A stretch of 64,000 nt of DNA from Paraspadella gotoi (GCA_051294375.1 CM119270.1:21816519-21880518), one strand, 5' to 3'; shown: positions 1-10,512, counted from the stretch's first letter. Notes: generated from the letters alone by a model not told the origin. Numbers and translations are program-made.

Positions 1-83
1 CAACCTTTCTTTTCCTCTCTTTTCATATCCTTTCTTTTTTTATTTTTTCTCTCCCCCTTTCGCCCTAGTCCCTAGCACACATT

Positions 84-206
<123 letters not shown>

Positions 207-1209
207 CCTCTCGTATACGCGATGTGGCGTTAACTCTTGATGTGACGTTAGGGACTCACGAGAGAAGAAGAGACTTGGGTGAACGAAAAATCATTACTTC
301 GCCAGAAAAAATGGTGAGGGACGAGAGTGTGGGTAAAAGTGTGGGTGAAAGTGTGGGTGAAAGTGTGAGTGAGAGTGTGGACATAGTGTGGGTAAAAAAG
401 TGGGTGAGGGTGTGGGGATTAGAGTAATGTAAAAATAATAAAATTTCCTATAATCAAAATTAAGAACATGAAATTGAAAATCAAAATCAAAAAGTTGATA
501 CAAGAAAGTATAATTCTTTTTTTTTTAAATTTTTTAATAAGTTTATCAAAAATTTAGAGAACTATATTTGAGATACCGATATTTAATTTCCAGCTTAAAA
601 AATAGTTTGTTTGAAATTTTAATAACCTACTTATATATTTTCTTCGATCAACTTACACATAAAATTAGCTGACTGTGTTATTATATTAATAATAAAAGAA
701 AAAAATACGGATTAGTATTTTTTATAAAATAAAATATAATTGGTAAATTTTGATTCCAAAGTTTCACTTCATCCTAGTGGGAATGTGGGTCTAAGGGTTT
801 GAGTGAATAAGTTCCTAGTTTATTGGGAATTCGATGGTTTTAACGGGGCTTCTGTTGACGCTCGCGGTGGCCGGAATGACAGCTGGTAATAATATGACGA
901 GTGGGATGAGAGCCGGAGATACGGCGTTGGCAAAGAAAAGGGAACTTTATGTCACTATTGTTAACTGTCTCTCTATTTTGATAACATACAATTCCATAGT
1001 AATACCACATAAATTACGAAAAATGATTTGTTATCGACTTTTCAAACTTTTCAACTTTGAATATACATTTGTTTAGATATCATTGATTGATTGATCTCCT
1101 GCGATGAAATATTTATAAATAAACTAATAATTGAAAATCACATTGTATTTTGTTGCTGGGCGGAGTACAATAAAATATTCCCCGATCTGATACCACCAAA
1201 GTACCCAAT

Positions 1210-1287
1210 CCTGTTCAAAGTCAGGGGCAAGATAGCTTATTTATTAAATGAATGGATAATTTTTATATTGGTTGTACCAATTTCATT
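1210..1287 (+). repeat. Dispersed ~75-bp AT-rich repeat (also 12140-12215, 17450-17520 inverted, 18385-18450, partial 25335-25375)
   Basis: gtcaggggcaagatagc..tattaaatgaa..ataatttttatattg.ttgtaccaattt recurs with substitutions. Confidence 0.75.
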
Positions 1288-1829
1288 AAATAAATCAGCC
1301 CTGTTCATTTGTTTTCTTTGTCTGTATAAAGCGCTGCAGTGAGACAGCATAAAACAAAGTTAATCTTTTGTTTGAATCACAAGAAAAGAAAATAACAGTA
1401 GTAAAAATATAACAACTAAACATTGTTTATTAAACAAGTATTTATTTTGTTATTCTTCCAGCCAAATTTCTTCAAAATTTCGAAATGAATGTAATTTTTT
1501 TTTTAAATTCTATTTCGAAAAGTTTGAAAATAAATTATCAATTGTCTATAAATTATAACCGAGCACGAACATATGTTCCAATTTAATTTTTTGTAATCTT
1601 ATTGCTAATAATTTTTAAACAAACTTACCGACTTTTCGGTTTCTTTCCGTTAGCTAATTTTAAATAGTTGTAAAAGAATAACAGAATAACTATCACCAAC
1701 TCTAAAATTAGAAGTTATAAAACCGAGACCTTATATCTGAACTCGGCCTTAGAATCCAATACAATCTATATTCTCCGTTTTTAATTGCGTTCTTGTCATC
1801 GTCATCGTCTTCATTCTCATCATCGTCAT

Positions 1830-2045
1830 CATCTAACCGACGGGCGCGACGACAAGCGTCTCTGCCCGCCACATTTACCCGCCAAATTGAACAGAATAAA
1901 CTTAAAACCTAAGAAAGGAAGACGCCGACAGGGGAAACGGCGATGCAGCGCCGAAGCGGGCAGCGGCGGCGACGCAGCGGGGCAGAGAGTGGCAGCTCGA
2001 AGCTGCTGCAGCCAACCACAACCGAAGTGCAGAGAAAGAGATAAG

Positions 2046-2087
<42 letters not shown>

Positions 2088-2300
2088 AGAAATGATTGCA
2101 CTGTCTCGCTCTCGCTCTGTCTCGCTGCTGCTTCCTCTGCGCTCTCGAAGCGTGGGTTATCATCGTATTCGTGTCGGATCTCTCTCTCTCTCTCTCTCCC
2201 TCTTTCTCTCTCTGTCTTCGTTTAACTCGAATTCCAACGGTCGCTTTTATTTCTCCGTCAGCCATTGTCCATTCTCGAATCTTCTTTCAACACCTGCTCA
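1830..2300. promoter_or_regulatory. CpG-rich putative promoter region upstream of H2A.Z with GA/CT tracts and an E2F-like motif
   Basis: GC/CpG-rich island in AT-rich surroundings; CCCGCCAAA (TTTGGCGGG on the minus strand) near 1877; (GA)n and (CT)n tracts. Confidence 0.4.
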
Positions 2301-2322
2301 TTATTTTTCTCCTTTTTTTAAG
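2301..2322 (+). promoter_or_regulatory. Candidate 3' splice acceptor 39 nt upstream of the H2A.Z ATG
   Basis: ttatttttctcctttttttaag|cgtc; same TAAG acceptor type as H2A.Z intron 2. Confidence 0.45.
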
Positions 2323-2361
2323 CGTCAAAAACTTACCTTTTATAACTTACCAAAACTCACG

Positions 2362-2525
2362 ATGGCCGGAGGAAAGGCTGGTAAGGATTCTGGGAAGATG
2401 AAGGCGAAGGCGGTGTCGAGGTCGGCCAAGTCTGGCCTCCAATTCCCCGTCGGCCGAATTCACCGACATCTCAAATCTCGGACGACGTCTCACGGACGCA
2501 TTGGGGCCACGGCCGCCGTCTACAG
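2362..2525 (+). CDS. H2A.Z: Histone H2A.Z, coding exon 1 (phase-2 donor AG|GTAACA)
   Basis: Translates to [54 protein letters not shown], the diagnostic H2A.Z N-terminus; GT donor at 2526. Confidence 0.97.
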
Positions 2526-3016
2526 GTAACATCCAAGTGACGAACATTTTTAGCGAGAGTAAAATTATTATGATGTTGCTTGTTGTTAGAACCAAAGCTA
2601 TAATTTACTTAGCTATAACTTAGTTTAATATTAATATTTTGAAGCGCTCTAACTACTACTATTTACATTATTAATATAAATAAAAGCCTAAATCTGTGGC
2701 GCAATTTGAAAAAATGGTATTTAATTTGCCTAATTCTTGTCTAATGCTGACTATTTATCTAACTATGATTCGTGTATTAAAGAATTAATTTACTTGTCAT
2801 TTAAAGTATTATTTAAAAAAGTGAGATTAGTTTTCCATTTTGATTTTTTAAACAATTATTGTTCTTCGAACTTTTGCTTTGGTTTTGGCAGTTATATTTC
2901 AATTAATTAATTAATTAACAAACCGACGATAACTGACTTTTACCGTCCGATTAGTCTGCATTAAACATTTAGTTAGCTAATTCAAATTTACTCTAACTAT
3001 TACCATTACTCCTTAG

Positions 3017-3137
3017 CGCGGCCATTTTGGAGTACCTTACGGCTGAAGTCCTTGAGTTGGCGGGTAACGCGTCAAAGGATCTCAAAGTCAAACGTATCAC
3101 GCCGAGGCATCTGCAGCTCGCCATCCGTGGCGACGAG
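3017..3137 (+). CDS. H2A.Z: Histone H2A.Z, coding exon 2
   Basis: Acceptor ccttag|C; encodes (S)[40 protein letters not shown]; donor GAG|GTCAGT. The phase matches exon 1. Confidence 0.97.
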
Positions 3138-3370
3138 GTCAGTCATTAGTCATTAGTAAATTCTCTCATTAAAATTAGTTTATGAAAGTTTTTTTTCCTT
3201 TTTTAATGCAATGTATGTTAAACTAGGATGGTTTATAAAATATTCTTTACTTATTTCGAGTTTTAAATTAAGGACAGCTCAAAAGAAAATATTTTGAATT
3301 ATTTATAACGAATTATTTTTATCAAGAACAACAATTCATACTTTTTTATTTACTTTATTAAATTTCTAAG

Positions 3371-3478
3371 GAATTGGACAGCCTGATTAAGGCTACGATC
3401 GCTGGCGGCGGCGTGATTCCTCATATTCACAAATCACTCATCGGCAAAAAGACGGGACCCGAGCACGGACCCATGTAG
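3371..3478 (+). CDS. H2A.Z: Histone H2A.Z, coding exon 3 (130 aa protein in total)
   Basis: Acceptor tttctaag|; encodes [35 protein letters not shown], the H2A.Z docking-domain signature. Confidence 0.96.
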   Translation, partial: ELDSLIKATIAGGGVIPHIHKSLIGKKTGPEHGPM

Positions 3479-3932
3479 GTCCGTCCTCTGAACCAGGACT
3501 CCCTAAAAAAAAAACTTTGATATATATCGTATGTCCTAGTGTATATTTCCTGTAAGGGACTCGTTATCATTAGGGGAAACATAAACCACCTGAAATCTTC
3601 TTCATTCAATGTCAAGACTTAGATTTCTCTCACGATTGGTTTTTCATCTTGTATCATAAACGTTAAAAAACATTTCTTTTTATTATCGTTCATCTTTTTC
3701 CCTCCTCTCACGGTGCATTCCTCCGTTGTTAAAACTTGCTGTTATATAGCGAGAAATTCTGTTTTATAACAAAACAAAATATATTCTCTTGTTTTTGCGT
3801 CGTAATCCAATTTGTTGTCTTAAGACGCTAGTTATAATTATTCGTTTTGGTGTCTTGAGTTGAAGTATGAAACATAAAAAAAAAAATCCCGCAAAAATGA
3901 GACACTTCATTTGCTATTTCCAAATTTACAAA

Positions 3933-3952
3933 TTTGCATTTTTTTTTAGCAG
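3933..3952 (+). promoter_or_regulatory. 3' splice acceptor (poly-T + TAGCAG, NAGNAG) ~95 nt upstream of the hnRNP M/MYEF2 ATG
   Basis: tttgcatttttttttag|cag|tgaaaacg; no dedicated upstream exon is evident. Confidence 0.6.
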
Positions 3953-4046
3953 TGAAAACGATATATTAGCTTTGGTCTTATCCAAACTTTTGAAAATTGT
4001 TATAAAAAAAAGATATTTCGACGGAAAAAAAAAATTTGAAAAAAAA

Positions 4047-5786
4047 ATGTCGCTCGACGCTAACGACGTAAAAGCAAAACGGGAGGCGTCTCCCCGCGCC
4101 AACGGAAACTCCCGTCGACGGTCCCGATCGCCAATCTCGCGACGAGACCGTGAGGATCCTCAAGACCGACGCATATATGTCTCCAACATCCCTTACGAAG
4201 TCAAATGGATGAACTTGAAGGACATTTGCAAAGAGAAAGTCGGCGACGTGGCCTTCGTCGAACTGTACGATGATGACAAAGGCAAACCTAAAGGGTGCGG
4301 AATCGTCGAGTTTAAAAGCAAAGATGATGCTAAAAAAGCCATAGAGGTTCTCCATCAATACGAAATCTCTGGCCGCAAGATCATGGTCCGTGAAGAGAGA
4401 GAAACGGACCGGCGTCGTCTCGAGAGAGAGGCCGTTCCTCAGTCCAAAAGCGGCAAACGTAAAATGGACGATCGTGACACCCGCGACTTGACGCCGATGA
4501 TGGCCCTGGGCGGCGGCGGCGGCGGTGGCGGCGGCGGGGGTTCTGGGTCCAACGTCAACAGCCAATGGCAAAGTCTGATCTCGGCGGTGCCGCCCAAGAT
4601 TTTGCAGAGTATCGGCGTTGATCCCACCGGTCCGCTCAGCTCGACTCTTTTCGTGTCCAATCTAGATTACAAGGTTAAGTGGAAGCATTTGTACGAAATA
4701 TTCAGTCTCGCCGGAAAAGTTGTCACTGGGGAAATGAAACTCGACGATGACGGCAAATCCCGTGGCATGGCCGTCGTGCAGATGGACAATCCATTGGAGG
4801 CGATACAAGCAATTTCCATGTTCGGCAGTCAGTTATTGTTTGAGAGAAAAATCAACGTCAGGATGGACAGATACGATGGAAACGAACCGCCCAAAAAGAG
4901 CGAGGTCGAGCGCAGGGCTAAAGGTGGCATGCCAGAGGGACTCAAGAATGTCGGCATGGGTTTGGGCGCCAACGGAACAGTCGTTAATATCGGTCGTCTT
5001 CTGGAAGAACAACGACAACAACAGCAATCCATGATGACCTTGAATTCCGGCATGGGAGGCATGTCAGGCATGGGAATGAACTCTTCCATGGGCATGAATC
5101 AGATGGGTCTTATGAACGGGTCCATGGGCGGAATGAACGCCATGGGTTCCATGAGCGGCATGTCAAGCATGGGCGCCATGGGTTCCGGCGCGGGTTCCAT
5201 GGCTAGTCTCGATCGGGGTTTGGCGGACATGAGAGGTTTGTCGGCCGATCGCATGGGCAGGGATCACATCGGCATGCCATCTCTCTCTTCCATGAGCGAT
5301 TTCTCCAATAGCTATCGCACTTCTTCTACCATGTCCACTCTGGGTCTTTCCGGCGGGATGAGGGATTATCCAAACGGCCTCGGCGACATGCGAGGTTCCG
5401 CCATGCCCTCTGCCCTCGGTGCCCCCTCCTCAGGCCCTCTCGGAGCCGGCGGAATTCTCGACGCTTTCCCCAGGTCGGCCCTCGGCGGCTCGGGAGCCGA
5501 TCGAGATCGCCCCGTCCCCATGATGTCCCGCGGGGGCGATAGGGATCCCGAATGCAGCGTCTTCGTTCGTAATCTTCCCTTCTCGATGAACTGGCAGGAT
5601 CTTAAAGACAAGTTCCGATGCGTGGGCGACGTGAGATACGCGGAAGTGAAACAAAAGGACGGAAAGTCGATGGGTTGCGGTGTGGTTCGTTTCGGGAGCA
5701 AAGATGAAGCTCAAAAGGCGATTGAACTCTTTCACCGAACGCGGGTTGACGGCCGTGAAATCGAAGTGAGGTTTGATCGGGCTTGA
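4047..5786 (+). CDS. MYEF2: hnRNP M / myelin expression factor 2 family 3-RRM RNA-binding protein (579 aa from MSLDAN, intronless CDS)
   Basis: Three RRMs (IYVSNIPYEVKW..KGCGIVEF; LFVSNLDYKVKW..RGMAVVQM; VFVRNLPFSMNWQDLKDKF..GCGVVRF..GREIEVR) with a Met/Gly-rich linker before RRM3, the hnRNP M/MYEF2/Hrp59 architecture. The ORF is open from 3867; ATG 4047 has an A-rich context and marks the start of GC-rich coding-like sequence. Confidence 0.92.
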   Translation: MSLDANDVKAKREASPRANGNSRRRSRSPISRRDREDPQDRRIYVSNIPYEVKWMNLKDICKEKVGDVAFVELYDDDKGKPKGCGIVEFKSKDDAKKAIEVLHQYEISGRKIMVREERETDRRRLEREAVPQSKSGKRKMDDRDTRDLTPMMALGGGGGGGGGGGSGSNVNSQWQSLISAVPPKILQSIGVDPTGPLSSTLFVSNLDYKVKWKHLYEIFSLAGKVVTGEMKLDDDGKSRGMAVVQMDNPLEAIQAISMFGSQLLFERKINVRMDRYDGNEPPKKSEVERRAKGGMPEGLKNVGMGLGANGTVVNIGRLLEEQRQQQQSMMTLNSGMGGMSGMGMNSSMGMNQMGLMNGSMGGMNAMGSMSGMSSMGAMGSGAGSMASLDRGLADMRGLSADRMGRDHIGMPSLSSMSDFSNSYRTSSTMSTLGLSGGMRDYPNGLGDMRGSAMPSALGAPSSGPLGAGGILDAFPRSALGGSGADRDRPVPMMSRGGDRDPECSVFVRNLPFSMNWQDLKDKFRCVGDVRYAEVKQKDGKSMGCGVVRFGSKDEAQKAIELFHRTRVDGREIEVRFDRA

Positions 5787-7303
5787 AGAGACAATTCTAA
5801 TCCAAAAGCTGAGAATGAGCTTCTTTTTACTCTCTCTCACTCTCTCTCCCCTTTTTTTTTCCCTTTGTAATTTAATCTTGTATTGTTCCCAATTTGGTTA
5901 TCCAACGATTTTTTTTTTTTGGTCAATTTTAATTTTCCATTTTTTTTTTGTTTTCAAAATTTAAAGTTTTTTTTTTGGGCTCAAATTAAAACTTCTTTTT
6001 GTCAAATCGTTTTTTTCGGAAGGAATCTCTGCCGGTTTGACATCTTTTCCCTGAGGGGGGAGTCTTAGTTAATTTCCCAAATCGGCAAAGGATGTCTGAG
6101 ATCATGTATGTAATTCCAATATTTTGTAAATTGTCACCAATTGTCAAAGGTTTTTTCCCCCTTGCCTCTCCTTACTTTTTAACGTTCTTTTTCAGAGAAT
6201 CATTTTATTCCCGATTGTTAAGTTCCGTCTGTCATAAAATGTTTAAATTTGACCAACATCCTATTCCCTATATATCGGCATGTTAGCGTCTCAAATCGAT
6301 ATTTATATTTAATTCAAATCGTAAAGTATAATAAGCTTCACATCGGCTCGCGCGTTTCAGAGTGAAATTTCGAAAAGTTTTTTTGCTTTAATGGATTTCT
6401 TAATCTTTAAATGATTATTTTTATCTTTCGTATCCAGCACTTTCTATTAATGGGCCTGACTCGGTTCTATATCTGACACTTTTCGTAATACATCGTTTTA
6501 GAATTCCCTGTATAGCTTAACACTGTTGATATGTCCGGTTTGCTTCATACTAATTTTTAAATGGAACGAAAATCATAGCTCCGTCGAATTTTCCATGGCT
6601 TTATTGGGTTTAGCAATTTCACTCTTAAAAAAATGTTCAAAAATCTAAAATGTCTTTTTTCTCGGGTTCGGTACTCAAGTTCTCTCGTCAAATTGTTTAC
6701 CTCGCATTTATTGTCCCAATGTTTCCAAAATTAAAAAAAATTATCGAAATTGTTCCAAGTCGTCCTGAGCCGTGGGGACTGTTCACCATGCTGTTCACCC
6801 TGCTCCATGTCATTAGAAAACCTCATTTTCTGTCCAAATATAATAATTTGCGTCTGTAACTTTGCTTTTCCTGTTAGCCAAATTTTTCGCGTTATCTTTA
6901 GTGACCTCAAAATTTTCCAGTTCGAGTAATCTTGGTTATTTTTTTTTCCCAGCTTCGAAATGTGGTTTTGATAATTAGCCTTGCTTTTTTTTTATCTTGG
7001 TAAGTTTTGCTTTTGACGGTTGCGAATTCGTTAGATTTTCTCGTTATTTTTCGGAAAGTTTTTCATGACATGAAATACATTTAAACTGGTAATCGGCATA
7101 ACTTGTACTGACACGTTAAAAAAGACGTCGTGGAAATTCGCTTTTTCTCTTTACAATGTTTAAATATATTTTATGTCGTTCAGCCGATCATGTTAAATAA
7201 AGAATTCGTCCTTTCGGAATTAATGAAAAGTAAGAAAGTATTCGAGGTTCTCCTGTTGCTAATTTCCAATTTCAATTTCTGCAAAATCTGAGTGCAATGG
7301 CGG

Positions 7304-7387
7304 ATGGCGGGCAAGTTGGACAACATGGCGGCGTCAATTGAACATGCTTACGACAATGGAAGTATATGGGGGATCTGGCACAACAGG
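7304..7387 (+). other. Possible first exon of a further plus-strand gene (MAGKLDNMAASIEHAYDNGSIWGIWHN..)
   Basis: Short GC-rich island with CAACATGGCGGC (YY1-like / start context) and donor CAG|GTTTGT, ~100 nt after AATAAA at ~7196; no convincing downstream exon found. Confidence 0.2.
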
Positions 7388-8805
7388 TTTGTATTAATGA
7401 TATAATTTTAAGTTTTTGGAATTCGGGACTTCAACGAAGCGTGAAGATGCCCAGAAACTTATTATTATGTAATTATAAAGTAGTGTTTAAAAATTGTTAA
7501 GTCAACGAAATTTATAAGATTGTTGTTTTTCCTGTTGCTCAAATAATTATTAATACACGTTAGATTTTTGATTGTGATTTCGCCGAATTGAATATGAATT
7601 TCTTAATATCAAATCAGTTACTCACCAAAATTTTACTTGGGATAGATAGCTAATAGGTCCATAAGTTATGGCATAACTAATTAAGTTATTTTAATTTTGA
7701 TCGAAATACTAAAAAAAATGTTGGAACTGAAGTTACGTTGTGCTATGTGAAATCCGATACTTCTGTAACTGGTAAACAATATTAAGGCTATTAAATTAAT
7801 CTGTTATCCTCAGCCTTCTTAACTATGTTTCCGAATAAATAAAATTTGAAAGAAGCCCCAAGCTAAGGCATCTTTATTTTTACGAGTTGAACATTTCTAG
7901 CACATTTTTATACAGAAGATCTTTTGTTTCGCCTGACCCGACATCTCTTATCTTAATCTTAAAAATGTGAATAAACAAAGTTCTACATCTGACATTTAAT
8001 TTAAATCTGTTTAAATTTTAAACTGATCGATCTAGCCGAAAATTATATGGATGTATTAATAAAATATTTTAAATATATCAAATCCTAATTATTGCTTGTT
8101 TTTTTTATTCAAGAATCAAGCAGACAGTTTTCGTGATTTTCATTTACAACAATTACTAAAAAATACGTTAAATTAAGGTTCACGTAACAAAGAAACAAAA
8201 GGGATAACACTGACGAGAATAATTCGCTGTTTTACAAATTTGATTCAAAACATTGACGTAACTCGATATTACGAACAAAGTAATAGTAGAAATAACTGAA
8301 AGCATCAATTTATGATCATATATGAGGTTCGTTTTGATCGTTCAAAGATCGATCCGTATTGTGTACCGAAGTAAACCTCAACAAACCAGGACCATTGTTA
8401 GTACAAAACTTAATTGATGGAGAAAGAAATTAACAAAGTTCGGCGATAAAAGTTAACAAATGCGATTCGCGGTCGAGGCCTTGAAAAATTAGCCAACTCT
8501 CGATGAAATTAAAATTGCATTTAGACTTTCAAGCAACTGGAGTATTTAGTTCGAAGAATTTTTGGTTTGGCACAAATCTTGATGCTGTAGAAGACAATTT
8601 ATCGAGTTTGAAATCCAATTAAAATAAAATATTATGTAAAAATCCTCTGACAAAATCTATCTGCGCTTAACACTGATTCAGCAGAAAGGAATTCTGTTCA
8701 TTAATATAATTTAAAAAAACAATCTATCCTAAAAAATCGATTTCATGTTCTCAAAAAATTAATTTCTTATATTTTAAATATTGTTTAATAAATTCTTGGT
8801 CTTCT

Positions 8806-9471
8806 TCAAACGTCCGTATCGCAATCCTTGGCCGACGCCCCCAACAACCATTCCTGCGTGTAGGCCATTCTGTCTTGATCCATCTCCTCGTCCTCGATCG
8901 ACGCCGTCAACAAGGCCGTCCCCTCCGGCCCCGTCGCCATCCTCGATCCGGGCCTCGCCGCCGTCCATTCTCTCTCCGACGCTCCGTCCTCTTCCTCCGC
9001 TTCCATCGCTAGCGGCGTCGTTAAAACCGGCGTCATCAGCGGCGTCGTCGCGGGAATCAGCGCCGCCGTGGAAAGTGGCGTGGGTACGGCGTCGTAATCC
9101 GCGACCCCGTGGACGCATGTCGTCGGAAATTCGTCCCAGTCGCCGGAGAGATCAGCGTATCCTCCGACGCAGAGTTGCTTCCATCCGGAAGGCAGCGATC
9201 CGGCAGCGTCGACATCTGCGTCGGCAATATCTCGTCTGCCGACTTCTTCGTCGCTCGGAGTCCTCGCTCCGCCGACGCAGATGCGTCTCGCCCAACCGGA
9301 AGTGGCGGCCGGTGGACGGCGTACTCGACGAGCGGGTGGCGTCGCCGCTGGAGGCTGTGGCGGCGTGGAGGCGTCGTGGATCGAAAAGGATGACGGAGAT
9401 TGGCGGGCGGCGGCGGCGGCGGCGGCGGTCTCGTAGCACGACGATGGGTGCCCCTCTGGGGGCTTCCCCTC
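8806..9471 (-). CDS. Terminal coding exon of an unidentified minus-strand gene (low-complexity tail ending ...QEWLLGASAKDCDTDV*)
   Basis: GC-rich block; acceptor ttttaattccttag|GAG at 9472/9471; frame open for 222 codons to the stop at 8806. Confidence 0.6.
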   Translation of the reverse strand, partial: EGKPPEGHPSSCYETAAAAAAARQSPSSFSIHDASTPPQPPAATPPARRVRRPPAATSGWARRICVGGARTPSDEEVGRRDIADADVDAAGSLPSGWKQLCVGGYADLSGDWDEFPTTCVHGVADYDAVPTPLSTAALIPATTPLMTPVLTTPLAMEAEEEDGASEREWTAARPGSRMATGPEGTALLTASIEDEEMDQDRMAYTQEWLLGASAKDCDTDV

Positions 9472-9689
9472 CTAAGGAATTAAAATGGAATAAGAATATA
9501 ATGAAAAATGATAATGGTTTTAATTTGGTACTAAATAATAGGGTATAAAGATAAAGTTAAAGCAAAGTTAATGAAGTTAATTTATGGTTAAATTAAAATT
9601 TAATTAATTATTAAGTTATGGTAATTAATAGGTTAAGTTAAAGTTAATTAATTTAATTTCAGTAGATTTAGCTTCAGTAGATTCGTAAG

Positions 9690-9858
9690 CCTGTCACAAC
9701 TCACCCTTCACCTGTCATAACTCCCCTGTCACGTGCCATAACTCCCCTGTCACCTATCACAACTCCCCTGTTACCTGTCACAACTCTTCTGTCACCTGTC
9801 ACAACTCACCTGTCACAACTCCCCTGTCACCTGTCACATCTTCCCTGTCACCTGTCAT
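9690..9858. repeat. Degenerate minisatellite (CCTGTCACAACTC-based, ~21 bp)
   Basis: Repeated cctgtcac/aactccc units. Confidence 0.85.
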
Positions 9859-9923
9859 AAGCCCATCGTTCCGATTCCGATGTAATAATATCCGTCGATA
9901 GAAGTGACCGAATTTTTTCTCAC

Positions 9924-9968
9924 TTCTACTTCGTCTCCGTCGACGGCGGAATCTATGACAGTCTCCGC
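9924..9968 (-). CDS. Candidate penultimate exon (AETVIDSAVDGDEVE) of the same gene
   Basis: Acceptor tctttctctcacag|, donor GAA|GTGAGA, phase 0-0, compatible with both neighbouring exons. Confidence 0.45.
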
Positions 9969-10174
9969 CTGTGAGAGAAAGATGTGATAGGATTCATGTC
10001 ATAAAATATGCAAAAGAGGAGAAATTAACGATTTTACAAAGGATATATCTTGAAAGACATTATTTAGAGAAAGCAAGTATGGTTATCGATTAATCAATTG
10101 TTTATGCTAAATTGCTAATCATATGAAATATAATATTAAAATAATTACAGTAAAACCTGTTTATTGCGTTTAAC

Positions 10175-10241
10175 CTTGTGTCGGAGTCCAAAATCGTCGT
10201 CGTCTTTTTCCTCGAGATGATTTTGTTTTCGCCGTCGCACT
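10175..10241 (-). CDS. Candidate internal exon (xVRRRKQNHLEEKDDDDFGLRHK) of the same gene
   Basis: Acceptor ttcttggtacag|, donor AAG|GTTAAA; in this frame it ends in phase 0, matching the 9968 exon. Confidence 0.45.
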
Positions 10242-10408
10242 CTGTACCAAGAATTTGTTTACATTTTAAACGTTTAGCGTTTTCTATTATTAACAATATA
10301 ATACAATTAATCCCATCCAGTAACGGATTTAACGTTTATAATTACTTTCTTTTGGTCAAAACTGGTAAACGTAAATCGCCGAAAGTTGGGAGCGAAAATT
10401 CCAACTGA

Positions 10409-10475
<67 letters not shown>

Positions 10476-10512
10476 GACCCGGCCTTCGCCCCCCAATGAC
10501 CTTCCCTTCATT

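Noticed and set aside
780-1910. Divergent minus-strand gene upstream of H2A.Z
   Set aside because: GC-richer patches at 780-950 and 1730-1910 could be exons, but no consistent ORF and splice model could be built.
3867-4046. ORF-track start MKHKKKNPAK for the RRM protein
   Set aside because: AT-rich, crosses a splice acceptor and has no family similarity; ATG 4047 or splicing into 3950 is more plausible.
8781-9548. 255-aa plus-strand ORF
   Set aside because: Starts at TTG, is Arg/Pro/Ser-rich as expected of an antisense shadow, and the splice signals favour the minus strand.
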